From the NCBI RefSeq assembly GCF_000025505.1, contig NC_013849.1:1110001-1142000 (forward strand): a stretch of 32,000 bases of DNA, written 5' to 3'. Position 1 is the first letter of the stretch, and each line of letters begins with the position of its first letter. This DNA comes from Ferroglobus placidus DSM 10642 (lineage in GTDB: Archaea; Halobacteriota; Archaeoglobi; Archaeoglobales; Archaeoglobaceae). The translations under genes were made by a program, and so were the position numbers. Shown piece after piece: positions 1-9,358 of the stretch. Below the pieces are notes generated by a model, which saw only the letters and a program-made list of their open reading frames with translations, was not told where the DNA came from and ran no database searches.

Positions 1-480
1 GAGAAGTTCCAAAGTTCTGTCCTCCAAAGGCAACCCCACAGAGGCTAAAGCACCTATTAGCCCTCTTCCCTTCTTGTACTTCAAATGAGGGATTAGGTAT
101 TTCCCGATTATAAATAGAGCTTCATCCAAGCTTACAACGTCCCTCAAAGCTTTAAAAGAAAAATTTTGAAGTTTATCCACCAAATCCTCCCGCACAAAAA
201 CAACTCCCGGATGGGTGTTTTCGTCATCCAACTCCGCATACTCCTCCACGATTTCCCTGACTATTTCCACAGCTTCCCCGATCTCTCCGTCGACCAGTAT
301 AGACACTGCCCCATTTCCCCTCGTTTTGTAGGGGATGGTGGGGTTCAACCTTATGAGCCTCGGAAATCCAATGGTTTTCATCCCGGCTTTCTCAAGTTCT
401 TTGATCACCAAGCTGGCTATGTAAGTCGTGCACATTCCCTTTCTTGAGTCCGTGTCGTCTATCCCAATCCAGAACCTCAT
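1..480 (-). CDS. tiaS: tRNA(Ile2) 2-agmatinylcytidine synthetase TiaS, N-terminal part; the gene runs off the left edge of the window
   Basis: This ORF is absent from the ORF track because it is open to the window edge. The reverse complement of 301-480 reads MRFWIGIDDTDSRKGMCTTYIASLVIKELEKAGMKTIGFPRLIRLNPTIPYKTRGNGAVS. That matches the conserved TiaS N-terminus as I remember it from A. fulgidus (MRxWxGIDDTDSxxGMCTTY...FPRLIRLNPTIPYKTRGNGA). Its ATG at 480-478 overlaps the stop of the upstream gene in an ATGA junction. Confidence 0.85.
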   Translation of the reverse strand, partial: MRFWIGIDDTDSRKGMCTTYIASLVIKELEKAGMKTIGFPRLIRLNPTIPYKTRGNGAVSILVDGEIGEAVEIVREIVEEYAELDDENTHPGVVFVREDLVDKLQNFSFKALRDVVSLDEALFIIGKYLIPHLKYKKGRGLIGALASVGLPLEDRTLELL

Positions 481-1226
481 GGATGCGGGGACTTTCCGTG
501 GTAGAGTACGTGAACTAAAGCCTCCGGCAATTCGTACTCTTTTATCCTGTCTTCAACAAGTTTGAAGTCGAAAGAAAACTCTTCAATCCAAACGTCAAGG
601 TTTCTCGTGTCGATAACCGCAAACGTCGGATCGTCTTCCCTCGAATTCCTTACTCCAGCATTTCCCGGACAAACGACCTTTCCGTGCTGGGTGACTTTTA
701 TGAAAGGCTCTTTTCCTCCGATTATCTTTATATCCGCTCTTTCGAACTCTTCGATCACCTTATCGTAGTACTCCTCGCTTTTCCAGTGATCCGCTTCCTC
801 CCCAGTCGGATCGAAGTACGAAACGGAAACCCTCGTATCTCCGAACTTTTCCACAACGTGAAATTCCACTTCGTTCCTTAACCACTTCCTTCCCTCGTGT
901 CCGAGCATCTCCCAGTTGAATTCGAGCATTTTGTATTCGTACTCAGGTAAATCGTTCTTGATTGCTTCTCTCTCCTCTTCGCTGAGCTCTCCAAACTTTA
1001 TTAGCATTCTGTCGAAGTATCCTCCAACGGGCGTTATCAAATCCGAGTTCTTTATAGCCTTGTAAACTTCCTTTGGGTAGGGCATGTAGCCGAATATCCC
1101 GACTATGTATATCCTCTGCACGTCTCTTCCCTCTTCTCTGTATTTTTCCCTCAGATTTTCGACTCTCGACAACAATTCAGCCAGCGCTTCCATGTTTCCG
1201 TTTAAATTCGAGGCTGCAATTATCAT
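477..1226 (-). CDS. Calcineurin-like metallophosphoesterase-fold protein (YfcE/MJ0936-like) with degenerate metal-binding motifs
   Basis: The ORF is 249 aa. The N-terminus MIIAASNLNGN aligns to the usual MkIavISDxHGN motif, with D changed to N and H changed to N. VGIFGY sits where the GD motif is expected, and the C-terminal VVCPGNAGV...TFAVID resembles the NPGS...a.l block of this fold. Confidence 0.6.
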   Translation of the reverse strand: MIIAASNLNGNMEALAELLSRVENLREKYREEGRDVQRIYIVGIFGYMPYPKEVYKAIKNSDLITPVGGYFDRMLIKFGELSEEEREAIKNDLPEYEYKMLEFNWEMLGHEGRKWLRNEVEFHVVEKFGDTRVSVSYFDPTGEEADHWKSEEYYDKVIEEFERADIKIIGGKEPFIKVTQHGKVVCPGNAGVRNSREDDPTFAVIDTRNLDVWIEEFSFDFKLVEDRIKEYELPEALVHVLYHGKSPHP

Positions 1227-1270
1227 TCCAACACCTCCAAGGAGATTTTAGATTCGTATTTTAGGGTAAG

Positions 1271-1283
1271 TATTATATATTTT
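1271..1283 (+). promoter_or_regulatory. TATA-box-like element for the 1303 operon, probably giving a leaderless mRNA
   Basis: The sequence TATTATATATTTT is centred about 26 nt upstream of the ATG at 1303. Confidence 0.4.
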
Positions 1284-1302
1284 AGCCTACGAAGCTGCTG
1301 TG

Positions 1303-1863
1303 ATGTATGATGAAAAGTGGTTCAACAACTGGATCGAGAGAATCAAGAGCGAAGAGATCGACTTGGATAACGTCGATACTCTCGAAGTTTTCGATAAGTT
1401 TCTTGAGGATGTCGTAGTAGCGTGCTACAATTTGCTGAGAGCGGTTAAAGAGAGAGAACTGAAAAAGAAGGAAGCCGAAGAAGAGTTAAAGAAAGTGAAG
1501 GAAATGCTGGAAAGGGAAATCGATCTCGGAGACGAGATCAAGAACGACCTATTTACGATGACAAAGGAGAGCGCAAAGCTCGTCGTTAGGGCAGCTGAAA
1601 TTGCTTTGAGCGGAAAAGTGAGCAAGAAGAGCTTTGAAAAGTTGCTCGAAGAAGCTTTAAGGAAGGAAAAAGAAGGGAAAATTGAGGAGGCTTTTGAAAT
1701 TATTGCGATGATGGGGGCGAAAATATTCAGAAACGAGAAGCTTCCGGAAATGGAGTTTCCCGAAGAGTCGGAGCTCTTGGAGTATTTCGACGGTCTCGAT
1801 GCTATAAACACGGTTATTCTCTTAAGCGAGATCGATGCTGGAGAGAGTGAGGAAGAAGGCTAA
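1303..1863 (+). CDS. Conserved-looking hypothetical protein, acidic and helical with coiled-coil character
   Basis: The ORF is about 186 aa. I prefer the ATG at 1303 over the GTG at 1300. Composition is E/K-rich, no catalytic motif was recognised, and it overlaps the next gene by 29 nt. Confidence 0.6.
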   Translation: MYDEKWFNNWIERIKSEEIDLDNVDTLEVFDKFLEDVVVACYNLLRAVKERELKKKEAEEELKKVKEMLEREIDLGDEIKNDLFTMTKESAKLVVRAAEIALSGKVSKKSFEKLLEEALRKEKEGKIEEAFEIIAMMGAKIFRNEKLPEMEFPEESELLEYFDGLDAINTVILLSEIDAGESEEEG

Positions 1864-2179
1864 GGAATTTGGATTTACCTACGATTTGTACAAATACCTA
1901 CTTTTCACCTTCGGTAAGAGGGGAGAGAAGGCTTTTCTCTACGTTAAAGAGGGGAGAGTTAAAAAGTACAAGGACTTTTTCGTCGTAGTTGGTAGAGAGG
2001 AGTACATCGTCGAGGAGTTCTTCTGCACATGCAAGGACTTTCACATCAACCTTAAGGGAAGAAAGCCGTGTGCGCACATACTTGCCGTGGCTATTGCCGA
2101 GGAGCTAAAGTTATACGACGAGTTCGACACCTACTACGTGAACTTCATCTCCATAGATGCGAGGAGGGGTTGGAAGTGA
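1835..2179 (+). CDS. Small SWIM-type zinc-finger protein
   Basis: The ORF is 114 aa. The segment FCTCKDFHINLKGRKPCAHILAV fits the SWIM signature CxC-x(n)-CxH. Confidence 0.7.
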   Translation: MLERVRKKAKEFGFTYDLYKYLLFTFGKRGEKAFLYVKEGRVKKYKDFFVVVGREEYIVEEFFCTCKDFHINLKGRKPCAHILAVAIAEELKLYDEFDTYYVNFISIDARRGWK

Positions 2180-2676
2180 TTTTAACAAAAGAGGAAATCA
2201 GGAAGCTCATTCTTGAGAAGGGGCTTGTTAGAGATTACATAGACTTGGAGAAGCAGCTTCAGCCGAACGGCTTCGATTGCACACTTAGGAAAGTGGCGGT
2301 GATAAAAGAAGAAGGCAAAGTAGACTTCGACAACTCGGAAAGGAAAATTCCGAGAGTTGAGGAGGTGGACTTTCACGAGGACTGGATTTTTTTGCCGAAG
2401 GGCGTTTACAGAGCTTACCTCAACGAAGTCATAAGTTTGGGCAACGACGTCATGGCTATCGGAAGACCGAGATCTTCTCTCGTGAGGTGCGGAGCCACAG
2501 TCCTCACAGCAGTATGGGATGCCGGCTACGAAGGGAGAAGTGAAGTTGGATTGGTCGTTTACAACGAAAACGGAATCTGGTTGAAGAGAAACGCGAGGAT
2601 ATTGCAACTCGTTTTTATGAAGCTTTCCAAAGAAACAGAAGGGTACTCGGGGATTTTTAAGGGTGAAAACGTTTAA
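2176..2676 (+). CDS. dut: dUTPase of the archaeal dCTP deaminase/dUTPase superfamily
   Basis: I place the start at the in-frame GTG at 2176, which forms a GTGA overlap with the SWIM gene stop, rather than at the track's 2068. The motifs QPNGFDCTLRKV, GRPRSSLVRCG and VWDAGYEGRSEVGLVV are typical of the archaeal Dut/Dcd fold. Confidence 0.75.
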   Translation: MILTKEEIRKLILEKGLVRDYIDLEKQLQPNGFDCTLRKVAVIKEEGKVDFDNSERKIPRVEEVDFHEDWIFLPKGVYRAYLNEVISLGNDVMAIGRPRSSLVRCGATVLTAVWDAGYEGRSEVGLVVYNENGIWLKRNARILQLVFMKLSKETEGYSGIFKGENV

Positions 2677-3443
2677 TCCAGAACGAACCTCTTCATGTGT
2701 TCCGGGATAAAAGTAGATGCGTCGATACCACATGCTTTGCTGAACTGGTAAACCATAACGTAGCCGGCTAAGTGGAAAGGAGCTTCTTTTATCTCTCTAT
2801 CTCTGTCCATGCTTGCCATGCAGGGATATGCGCACTGGTGTTGATGAATCTCCTTCCAGAAATCCTCAACCTTTTCTATTTCGTAACCCCTCATTCTCTT
2901 GGCAACATAGTATGCTGAGCCACACGGATCGCTTCTCAAAACCCTCACTTCCTCTATCGCATTTCCGTCCATTATCACTTCAAACTCCGGCTTTCCGAAT
3001 CCGAACTTCGAAAGGGGAGTGTTTGATGAGCAGAAAGGCTTTGGAGAGAAGAATTCCCTTCCGGTTTCCTCGCAAACTCTCCTGATCTGCTCCCTCAAAC
3101 CGGGGGAAAGCCACTTCGGGTCTTCGACAGGAACTATGAGGCACTTAAATTCCGCAACGCTCGGGAGTTCTGCGAGAATGTCCGGATGCGCGTTTATAGC
3201 TATTAAAATATCGCTATCTTCGATTTCTCCAACAATTGTTTCCGGCTCTTCTATGTAGTCGCCGTAAAACTCCGGAGGGTTTAGCTGTTTAACGAAAACT
3301 ATAGCCTTAGAGAGATCGTAGCTCTTGCAAAAATCGCATTCATCAATTCCGCACGCCCCGAAGCGAGGACAAGATTTTGGATAAGCGAGGTTACTCGTGA
3401 ATCTCTCTCCAAACTCGCCGCTGTAAAGTATGCCAATCCTCAT
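2673..3443 (-). CDS. DUF166-family Cys-rich protein; some databases annotate this family as a putative alternative thymidylate synthase
   Basis: The ORF is 256 aa. It starts [15 protein letters not shown] and carries the Cys cluster [15 protein letters not shown] plus HQHQCAYPC. The family assignment is from memory of DUF166 and is not verified. Confidence 0.55.
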   Translation of the reverse strand: MRIGILYSGEFGERFTSNLAYPKSCPRFGACGIDECDFCKSYDLSKAIVFVKQLNPPEFYGDYIEEPETIVGEIEDSDILIAINAHPDILAELPSVAEFKCLIVPVEDPKWLSPGLREQIRRVCEETGREFFSPKPFCSSNTPLSKFGFGKPEFEVIMDGNAIEEVRVLRSDPCGSAYYVAKRMRGYEIEKVEDFWKEIHQHQCAYPCMASMDRDREIKEAPFHLAGYVMVYQFSKACGIDASTFIPEHMKRFVLD

Positions 3444-3527
3444 TTCCCGTCTTGCTATGAGGGAAATTCAATAAGTTTTTTTTGGTGTGAAAAAGCATTA
3501 ATATCAAAAAGCGAAAGACTGCTTTGG

Positions 3528-4979
3528 GTGATGGTTATGGAGGAAATTTTGAAAAAGATTACCGATTACAAGTGGGAACTCCCGAAAACGTATAAGAAGG
3601 GAATGAGAGTGCCAGCTTACTTTTACATAAACAGAAAGCTGATGCAGATTCTTGAGAGAGATGCCGTTGAGCAGGCGGCAAACGTTGCGACCATGCCGGG
3701 GATACAAGTAGCGAGCTTGGTTATGCCGGATGTCCACGTCGGCTACGGATTCCCGATAGGAGGCGTGGCTGCTTTCGATATAGAAGAGGGAGTTGTGAGT
3801 CCCGGAGGAGTTGGTTTCGACATAAACTGCGGGGTTAGGCTTATAAGAACGAATTTGAAGGTTGATGAGGTCAGAAAGAAAATAAGAGAACTTATTGACG
3901 CGTTGTTTGTTGCCGTTCCTTCCGGCGTTGGAAGCGAAGGGAGATTGAGGGTTAGCGATAAAGAACTGGACGAAATTTTCGTCTCCGGAGCCAGATGGGC
4001 TGTCGAAAACGGCTACGGTTACGAAGAGGATCTGAAACACTGCGAAGAGAACGGAGCGATGCCCGGAGCTAAGCCGGAAGTCGTGAGTAGGAAAGCGAGG
4101 GACAGAGGAAGACCTCAGCTCGGAACCCTCGGCAGCGGAAACCACTTCCTTGAGGTGCAGTACGTTGATAAGATCTTCGATGAAGAGATCGCCAAGGCTT
4201 TCGGACTTGAAGAGGGCATGGTGACTGTGATGGTGCACTGCGGAAGCAGAGGATTGGGGCATCAGGTTTGCACAGACTTCCTTCAAGTTTTGGAGAGAGC
4301 CGTGAAGAAGTACGGAATCTATCTGCCGGACAGACAGCTCGCCTGCGCTCCGATAAACAGTAAAGAGGGGCAGGATTATTTCGCTGGAATGGCAGCCTCA
4401 GCAAACTACGCATGGTGCAACAGGCAGATAATCACCCACTGGGTTAGAGAAACGTTCCAGAAGGTTTTCAGAATGAGCGAAGAAGATTTGGGCATGGATT
4501 TGGTTTACGACGTCGCCCACAACATAGCTAAGTTCGAAACGCACAAAGTGAATGGCAAAAAGAAGAAAGTCGTCGTCCACAGAAAGGGAGCGACGAGGGC
4601 TTTCGGACCAGGAAGCGAAGAGCTTCCCGAAGACTACAGAAAGACCGGACAGCCAGTGCTTATTCCGGGAAGCATGGGAACTCCGAGCTACGTTCTCGTT
4701 GGGACGGAAAAAGCTATGGAAGAAACCTTCGGCTCCACGTGCCACGGAAGCGGAAGAGTACTCAGCAGAGCTGCCGCTAAGCGAAAGCTAAGAGGAAGCG
4801 AGGTTAAGCAGTCGCTGGAGAGAAAAGGGATTTATGTTAGAGCGACTCAGGGGGCTTTGCTTGCTGAAGAAGCTCCGGAAGCTTACAAGAGCAGCGACGA
4901 TGTGGTTGAGGTGGTTCATAGAGCGGGAATTTCGAAGATCGTCGCTAAACTTCTTCCGCTGGGAGTTGCTAAAGGATGA
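3528..4979 (+). CDS. rtcB: RNA-splicing ligase RtcB (3'-phosphate/5'-OH tRNA ligase)
   Basis: The ORF is 483 aa. It contains [36 protein letters not shown] and [11 protein letters not shown], and I saw no intein. The true start could be the ATG at 3531 or 3537. Confidence 0.95.
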   Translation: MMVMEEILKKITDYKWELPKTYKKGMRVPAYFYINRKLMQILERDAVEQAANVATMPGIQVASLVMPDVHVGYGFPIGGVAAFDIEEGVVSPGGVGFDINCGVRLIRTNLKVDEVRKKIRELIDALFVAVPSGVGSEGRLRVSDKELDEIFVSGARWAVENGYGYEEDLKHCEENGAMPGAKPEVVSRKARDRGRPQLGTLGSGNHFLEVQYVDKIFDEEIAKAFGLEEGMVTVMVHCGSRGLGHQVCTDFLQVLERAVKKYGIYLPDRQLACAPINSKEGQDYFAGMAASANYAWCNRQIITHWVRETFQKVFRMSEEDLGMDLVYDVAHNIAKFETHKVNGKKKKVVVHRKGATRAFGPGSEELPEDYRKTGQPVLIPGSMGTPSYVLVGTEKAMEETFGSTCHGSGRVLSRAAAKRKLRGSEVKQSLERKGIYVRATQGALLAEEAPEAYKSSDDVVEVVHRAGISKIVAKLLPLGVAKG

Positions 4980-5875
4980 TAAGGGAGATAGACGTTAAAG
5001 AGGGGCAGAAGATATCGGAGTTGCTCGAGCAGTTTAAAGACTCCGCTTTTAACGCAAGAAGGCTCGGAGAAGCTGCTGAAATCTTCAAAGAGATGGTCGA
5101 AAAAAATTCCTTCATATTTTTGACCTTAGCCGGAGCGATTGTTCCAGCGGGAATGAGGAAAATTATTTCCGGAATGCTCGAAAGAGGCTTTGCTCATGCT
5201 CTCGTTACAACCGGAGCGAACGTGACTCACGAAATTGCTGAAGCTCTCGGTTTCAAGCACCAGAAGGGGAGCGAGAGGGTAGATGATGTTGAGCTGAGTA
5301 GAAAGAACGTGAACAGGATTTACGACGTTTTCGTTTCAAATGAAGCTTTTGAGAAAGTTGAGGAGTTTACTTCAAGAATATTCGAAAATCTTAGCGGAAC
5401 TTACGGAAGCTACGAGCTGATGTGGGAAATAGGGAAAAACCTTCCAGAAAATTCTTTTTTGAGAATCGCTTACGAGAAAAAGACGCCAGTTTTCGTTCCG
5501 ACAATACACGACTCGATTCTCGGGCTACATCTTTACATCTACGGGAAGGATCTGATAGTAGATCTGAAGAAGGACATTGGAAAAATTCTCGATCTGTGCT
5601 TCGAGAAAAAACCAATTGGTGTATGCATCATCGGCGGTGGCGTGCCGAAAAATTTCACGCTTCAAGCAATGCTCCTTGGAGAGGGGTTCGATTACGCTAT
5701 CCAAATAACCACAGATTCGCCGCAATTCGGAGGTTTGAGCGGAGCGACTCTCGAAGAGGCTAAGAGCTGGTGCAAGTTAAAGGAAAACGCTAAAGCCGTA
5801 ACTGTCTACTGCGATGCGACGATAGCTTTACCTTTAATCTACTCCTACCTTCTCGATTCGAAACTTTTAAAATAG
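4976..5875 (+). CDS. dys: Deoxyhypusine synthase
   Basis: The ORF is 299 aa. It contains [15 protein letters not shown] and [10 protein letters not shown], ends with the SWCKL block, and has an ATGA overlap with rtcB. Confidence 0.85.
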   Translation: MIREIDVKEGQKISELLEQFKDSAFNARRLGEAAEIFKEMVEKNSFIFLTLAGAIVPAGMRKIISGMLERGFAHALVTTGANVTHEIAEALGFKHQKGSERVDDVELSRKNVNRIYDVFVSNEAFEKVEEFTSRIFENLSGTYGSYELMWEIGKNLPENSFLRIAYEKKTPVFVPTIHDSILGLHLYIYGKDLIVDLKKDIGKILDLCFEKKPIGVCIIGGGVPKNFTLQAMLLGEGFDYAIQITTDSPQFGGLSGATLEEAKSWCKLKENAKAVTVYCDATIALPLIYSYLLDSKLLK

Positions 5876-5896
5876 GACTTCGCGAGGTTGACTTAA

Positions 5897-6802
5897 ATGA
5901 TCGAAAATTGGGAGGAATATAGAACGATCGAAAGAGCGCTGAAAGAACTGCTGGACAGGGAAGTTATTATTCCGAAGATTAAAAAAGCTTTAAAACATTT
6001 AATCGAAGCCGGAGGGAAAAGGACTCGTCCGATAATCGTTTTGCTCAGTGCGAAGCTTGCCGGAGGGGACGAGAAGGAAATTCTCGACATGGCTCTTGCC
6101 GTTGAATTGATACACACTGCAAGCTTAGCCCACGACGACGTTATCGATAGGGGTGTTAAAAGGAGGAATAAAGAGACTCTCAACGTTAAATACGACGACT
6201 CCTTAGCCATTCTCGTCGGTGATTGGCTTATCTCGAAATCCGTGCAGCTCACAGCCAAATACGGATACGACATAGTGAGAGATTTTGCTAAGACCGGAAT
6301 GCTCATGAGCGAAGGGGAAGTTCTCGACGTTTACAGCACAAAGGAAAAGTTCGACGAGGAAGATTACTTCAAGTGCATAGAATACAAAACAGCCGCACTA
6401 TTCGCTTACTCAGCCAAAAACGCTTATCAGTACTTTTCCCAAGACGAGGGAGTTGAGAAGCTTTTTCAGTACGGCTTGAACTTAGGCATAGCATATCAGC
6501 TCGTCGACGACCTCCTCGAATACCTCTCCCTTTACGGAGATAAATCGAGCAAAATAGAGTCGAGAACCCTTCCGATGATTTACGAAGAAAAGTTCGGGGT
6601 TGAGAAGGCTGTGAAAAAGGTTATGGATCTCATAGTGGATTACTCGCAGAAGAGTAAAAAAGCTCTTGAATTTTTCGAGGACGGAGTTGTTAAGAGCAAG
6701 CTGCTGAGGCTTGTAGACTTCATGACCTTCGACCTCATCAAAGACTACTTCGCTAAATCTGGAAGAAATTTAGACCTTCTTTCTCCTCACTATACTCCTT
6801 GA
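5897..6802 (+). CDS. trans-Polyprenyl diphosphate synthase, resembling medium/long-chain IspB/HepT enzymes
   Basis: The ORF is 301 aa. The first Asp-rich motif is ELIHTASLAHDDVIDRGVKRRNK, with small residues at positions -4 and -5. The second motif reads AYQLVDDLLEY. Confidence 0.8.
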   Translation: MIENWEEYRTIERALKELLDREVIIPKIKKALKHLIEAGGKRTRPIIVLLSAKLAGGDEKEILDMALAVELIHTASLAHDDVIDRGVKRRNKETLNVKYDDSLAILVGDWLISKSVQLTAKYGYDIVRDFAKTGMLMSEGEVLDVYSTKEKFDEEDYFKCIEYKTAALFAYSAKNAYQYFSQDEGVEKLFQYGLNLGIAYQLVDDLLEYLSLYGDKSSKIESRTLPMIYEEKFGVEKAVKKVMDLIVDYSQKSKKALEFFEDGVVKSKLLRLVDFMTFDLIKDYFAKSGRNLDLLSPHYTP

Positions 6803-7414
6803 GTTTTTCAGTAGCTCTTCTAAATCCAAATTGCATCCTTTTGCCACTTTTTCAGCGAAATCTTTGCTTACGAAATCGCTCGGAGAGTGTGCGTCGGTGT
6901 TCAAGACGAGCTTTACTCCGTACTCCTTTGCTATTTTCGCAACGTAGCCGTTCGTTAAGCAGTGCCCTTTTCTCGTGGTTATCTCGAAGCAAATTCCATT
7001 CTCTGCGGCTAATTCAGCGGTTTTTTCGTCCACGAGACCAGGATGGGACAAGATGTCGATATCTTCTTGCACCGCTGCGAAATTCGTTCCCTTTGCCACA
7101 GGCTCGACTATCGTTTCTCCGTGAACGACGATTACTTCAGCTCCCTCCTCTCTCGCTTTTCTAACAACCTTACCTATAAGCTTCGGAGGGACGTGAGTTA
7201 TTTCCACCCCTACAAGCACCTTCACTCCGTACTCTTCCCTCTCCTCCGCAAACTTCCACAGCTTTTCGATGACAGAAGAGAGGTTGCTTAAGTCCGCGTG
7301 ATCCGCAATACAGACAGCTTTGTAATCCAGACTTTCGAGTCTCCTCGCTATCTCGCTCGGAATCAACTCGCCGTCGCTGAAAATTGAGTGAACGTGCAAA
7401 TCTATCATACACAA
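6770..7414 (-). CDS. PHP-domain metal-dependent phosphoesterase
   Basis: The ORF is 214 aa. It has IDLHVHSIFSDG at the N-terminus, then HGE and NTDAHS. Its 3' end overlaps the prenyl synthase gene by 33 nt in convergent orientation. Confidence 0.75.
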   Translation of the reverse strand: MCMIDLHVHSIFSDGELIPSEIARRLESLDYKAVCIADHADLSNLSSVIEKLWKFAEEREEYGVKVLVGVEITHVPPKLIGKVVRKAREEGAEVIVVHGETIVEPVAKGTNFAAVQEDIDILSHPGLVDEKTAELAAENGICFEITTRKGHCLTNGYVAKIAKEYGVKLVLNTDAHSPSDFVSKDFAEKVAKGCNLDLEELLKNSRSIVRRKKV

Positions 7415-7446
7415 ACGTTAAATAGCTTCCCCTATAATATTTTACC

Positions 7447-7737
7447 GTGGCAGGAATAAGAAGGCTGGTGCTTGACGTTTTAAAGCCCCACGAACCGAGC
7501 AACATAATACTGGCGAAGGTTTTGAGCGAGCTCGAGTTCGTGGACGGAGTTAACCTGAGCTTGTACGAGATAGATCAGAACACCGAGAACGTTAAAATCA
7601 CGATCGTCGGAGACAACATGGATTTTGAAGAAATCAAGAGGACGATAGAAAGATTGGGTGGTGTTATCCACAGCGTCGACGAGATAGTGGCTGGTAAGAA
7701 AATAGTCGAAACTGTTATGACTGAGCAGGACAGGTGA
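7447..7737 (+). CDS. DUF211 (MTH889-like) small protein
   Basis: The ORF is 96 aa with a GTG start. The segments [14 protein letters not shown] and [14 protein letters not shown] match my memory of the DUF211 family. Confidence 0.75.
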   Translation: MAGIRRLVLDVLKPHEPSNIILAKVLSELEFVDGVNLSLYEIDQNTENVKITIVGDNMDFEEIKRTIERLGGVIHSVDEIVAGKKIVETVMTEQDR

Positions 7738-7771
7738 AGTGTTAAATATATCCTAAAAATATTGATTCTTA

Positions 7772-9358
7772 ATGCCGGATTACAACATTTGTTTTGCCGG
7801 GGCAGCGGGAGATGGGATAAAAGAGGCTGGAGTTCTTGCTGCGAAGCTCTTTTCGAAACTCGGATACAACGCCTTTGTTTATCAGGAATATCAGTCCCTG
7901 ATAAGAGGAGGACACAACGCGAGCGTCGTTAGGTTTTCGGAAAGGAAGATCAGAAGTCACAGATACTACTACGACGTTCTAATCTGCTTAGAAGATTACG
8001 TTTACGACAGGCACAAGGATAGGCTTAAAGGAATACTCATTCACGACTCCAAGTTTAATTTGGACGGGAAAGCTGTTCCAATGACCGAATTCGTTAAAGA
8101 AGAGCAGAAACCATTGTTTTTCAGAAATGCTGTGGCATTGGGAGTTTTAGCTTACGTGTTCGGAATAGACTTCGAAGTTCTCGAAGATGTCTTCATCGAA
8201 AGTTACGGGAATAAAGCCTCGGACGACATCGTTCTCGCTGAGGAAGGATACAATTTTGCGGAAGAAAATTTCGAAAGGTTGGAGGAGCTTGAAAAAATCG
8301 GAGAGGAAAAGAAAGTACACTCGGGAAACGAAATGGTCGCTCTCGGAATGATAAAAGCAGGGTTGGAGAGGTTTTACGCTTATCCCATGACGCCAACATC
8401 GCCAATCCTGCATTTTCTCGTGAGGAGAGAAGACGTCATAGCTTACCAGCCGGAAAGCGAAATTGCCGCTATAATGATGGCAATCGGCTCGGCTTTTGCC
8501 GGAAAAAGGGCTGCGACAGCGACAAGCGGTGGTGGTTTTGCTCTGATGACCGAAAGCATCAGCCTTGCCGGAATGGCTGAAGTTCCGGTTTTAATCGTTT
8601 ACGGACAAAGAAGTGCTCCGTCAACTGGAATGGCTACCTACACTGCTCAGGAAGACCTTTACTTCGCTCTAAATCCGGCTCACGGAGAATTTCCTCTCAT
8701 CGTCGCCTCTCCAATCGATTGCGAAGACGCTTACAAGCTTGGGGCTGAACTTTTAAACTTGGCTTGGAAGTTTCAAACTCCGGCGATACTGCTTTCGGAT
8801 AAACACCTCCTCGAAAGCTACGAGACCGTAAGCTACCCCAAAGTTAAGAGAGAGAGGATAAACATCGTAAGGAAGAGCGAAGGAGTTTTCAAGAGATACG
8901 AAATCACTCGAAACGGAATTTCTCCTTACGCCGTTCCTCCGGCTATAGTCAAGGCTAACAGCAACGAACACGACGAATACGGCTTCACAACCGATGATGC
9001 TGAAATTGCAAGAAAAATGTACGAGAAGAGGATGAAGAAAGTGAAGGAGATAGAGAAGGAAGTGAGAAACAGCTACGTTGAGGAGGGGAAAGGCAGCGAG
9101 ACTATAGTAACCTGGGGTTCGAATTACGGAGCCGTCAGAGAGGTGGCTGAAGAGCTCGGATTTAAGGTTGTTGCCGTGAGGTTTCTAAAGCCGCTGGACG
9201 TTCCGAAGATAAAAGAGAATTCCTACTGCGTCGAGTGCAACTACCAAGGCTTGCTCGCTGGAATGATAGAAAAAGAGCAGGGGATAAAGCTGAGGAGAAT
9301 TTTGAGGTGGGACGGAAGACCGTTCACTCCCGAGGAGCTTAAGGAGGTTTTGAAATGA
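7772..9358 (+). CDS. 2-oxoacid:ferredoxin oxidoreductase, fused gamma-alpha subunit of a two-subunit-type OFOR
   Basis: The ORF is 528 aa. The N-terminal gamma-like domain reads ICFAGAAGDGIKEAG...GGHN. It is followed by an alpha domain with GNEMVALGMIKAG..YAYPMTPTS. Confidence 0.85.
   Translation: MPDYNICFAGAAGDGIKEAGVLAAKLFSKLGYNAFVYQEYQSLIRGGHNASVVRFSERKIRSHRYYYDVLICLEDYVYDRHKDRLKGILIHDSKFNLDGKAVPMTEFVKEEQKPLFFRNAVALGVLAYVFGIDFEVLEDVFIESYGNKASDDIVLAEEGYNFAEENFERLEELEKIGEEKKVHSGNEMVALGMIKAGLERFYAYPMTPTSPILHFLVRREDVIAYQPESEIAAIMMAIGSAFAGKRAATATSGGGFALMTESISLAGMAEVPVLIVYGQRSAPSTGMATYTAQEDLYFALNPAHGEFPLIVASPIDCEDAYKLGAELLNLAWKFQTPAILLSDKHLLESYETVSYPKVKRERINIVRKSEGVFKRYEITRNGISPYAVPPAIVKANSNEHDEYGFTTDDAEIARKMYEKRMKKVKEIEKEVRNSYVEEGKGSETIVTWGSNYGAVREVAEELGFKVVAVRFLKPLDVPKIKENSYCVECNYQGLLAGMIEKEQGIKLRRILRWDGRPFTPEELKEVLK

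Noticed and set aside
2068-2175. The ORF track offers an upstream extension of the dUTPase ORF, starting at 2068.
   Set aside because: The extension lies entirely inside the SWIM-finger gene in another frame and reads as low-complexity, Arg/Cys/His-rich sequence (MCAHTCRGYCRGAKVIRRVRHLL...). The dUTPase homology begins at the GTG at 2176, which forms a typical GTGA overlap with the upstream stop.
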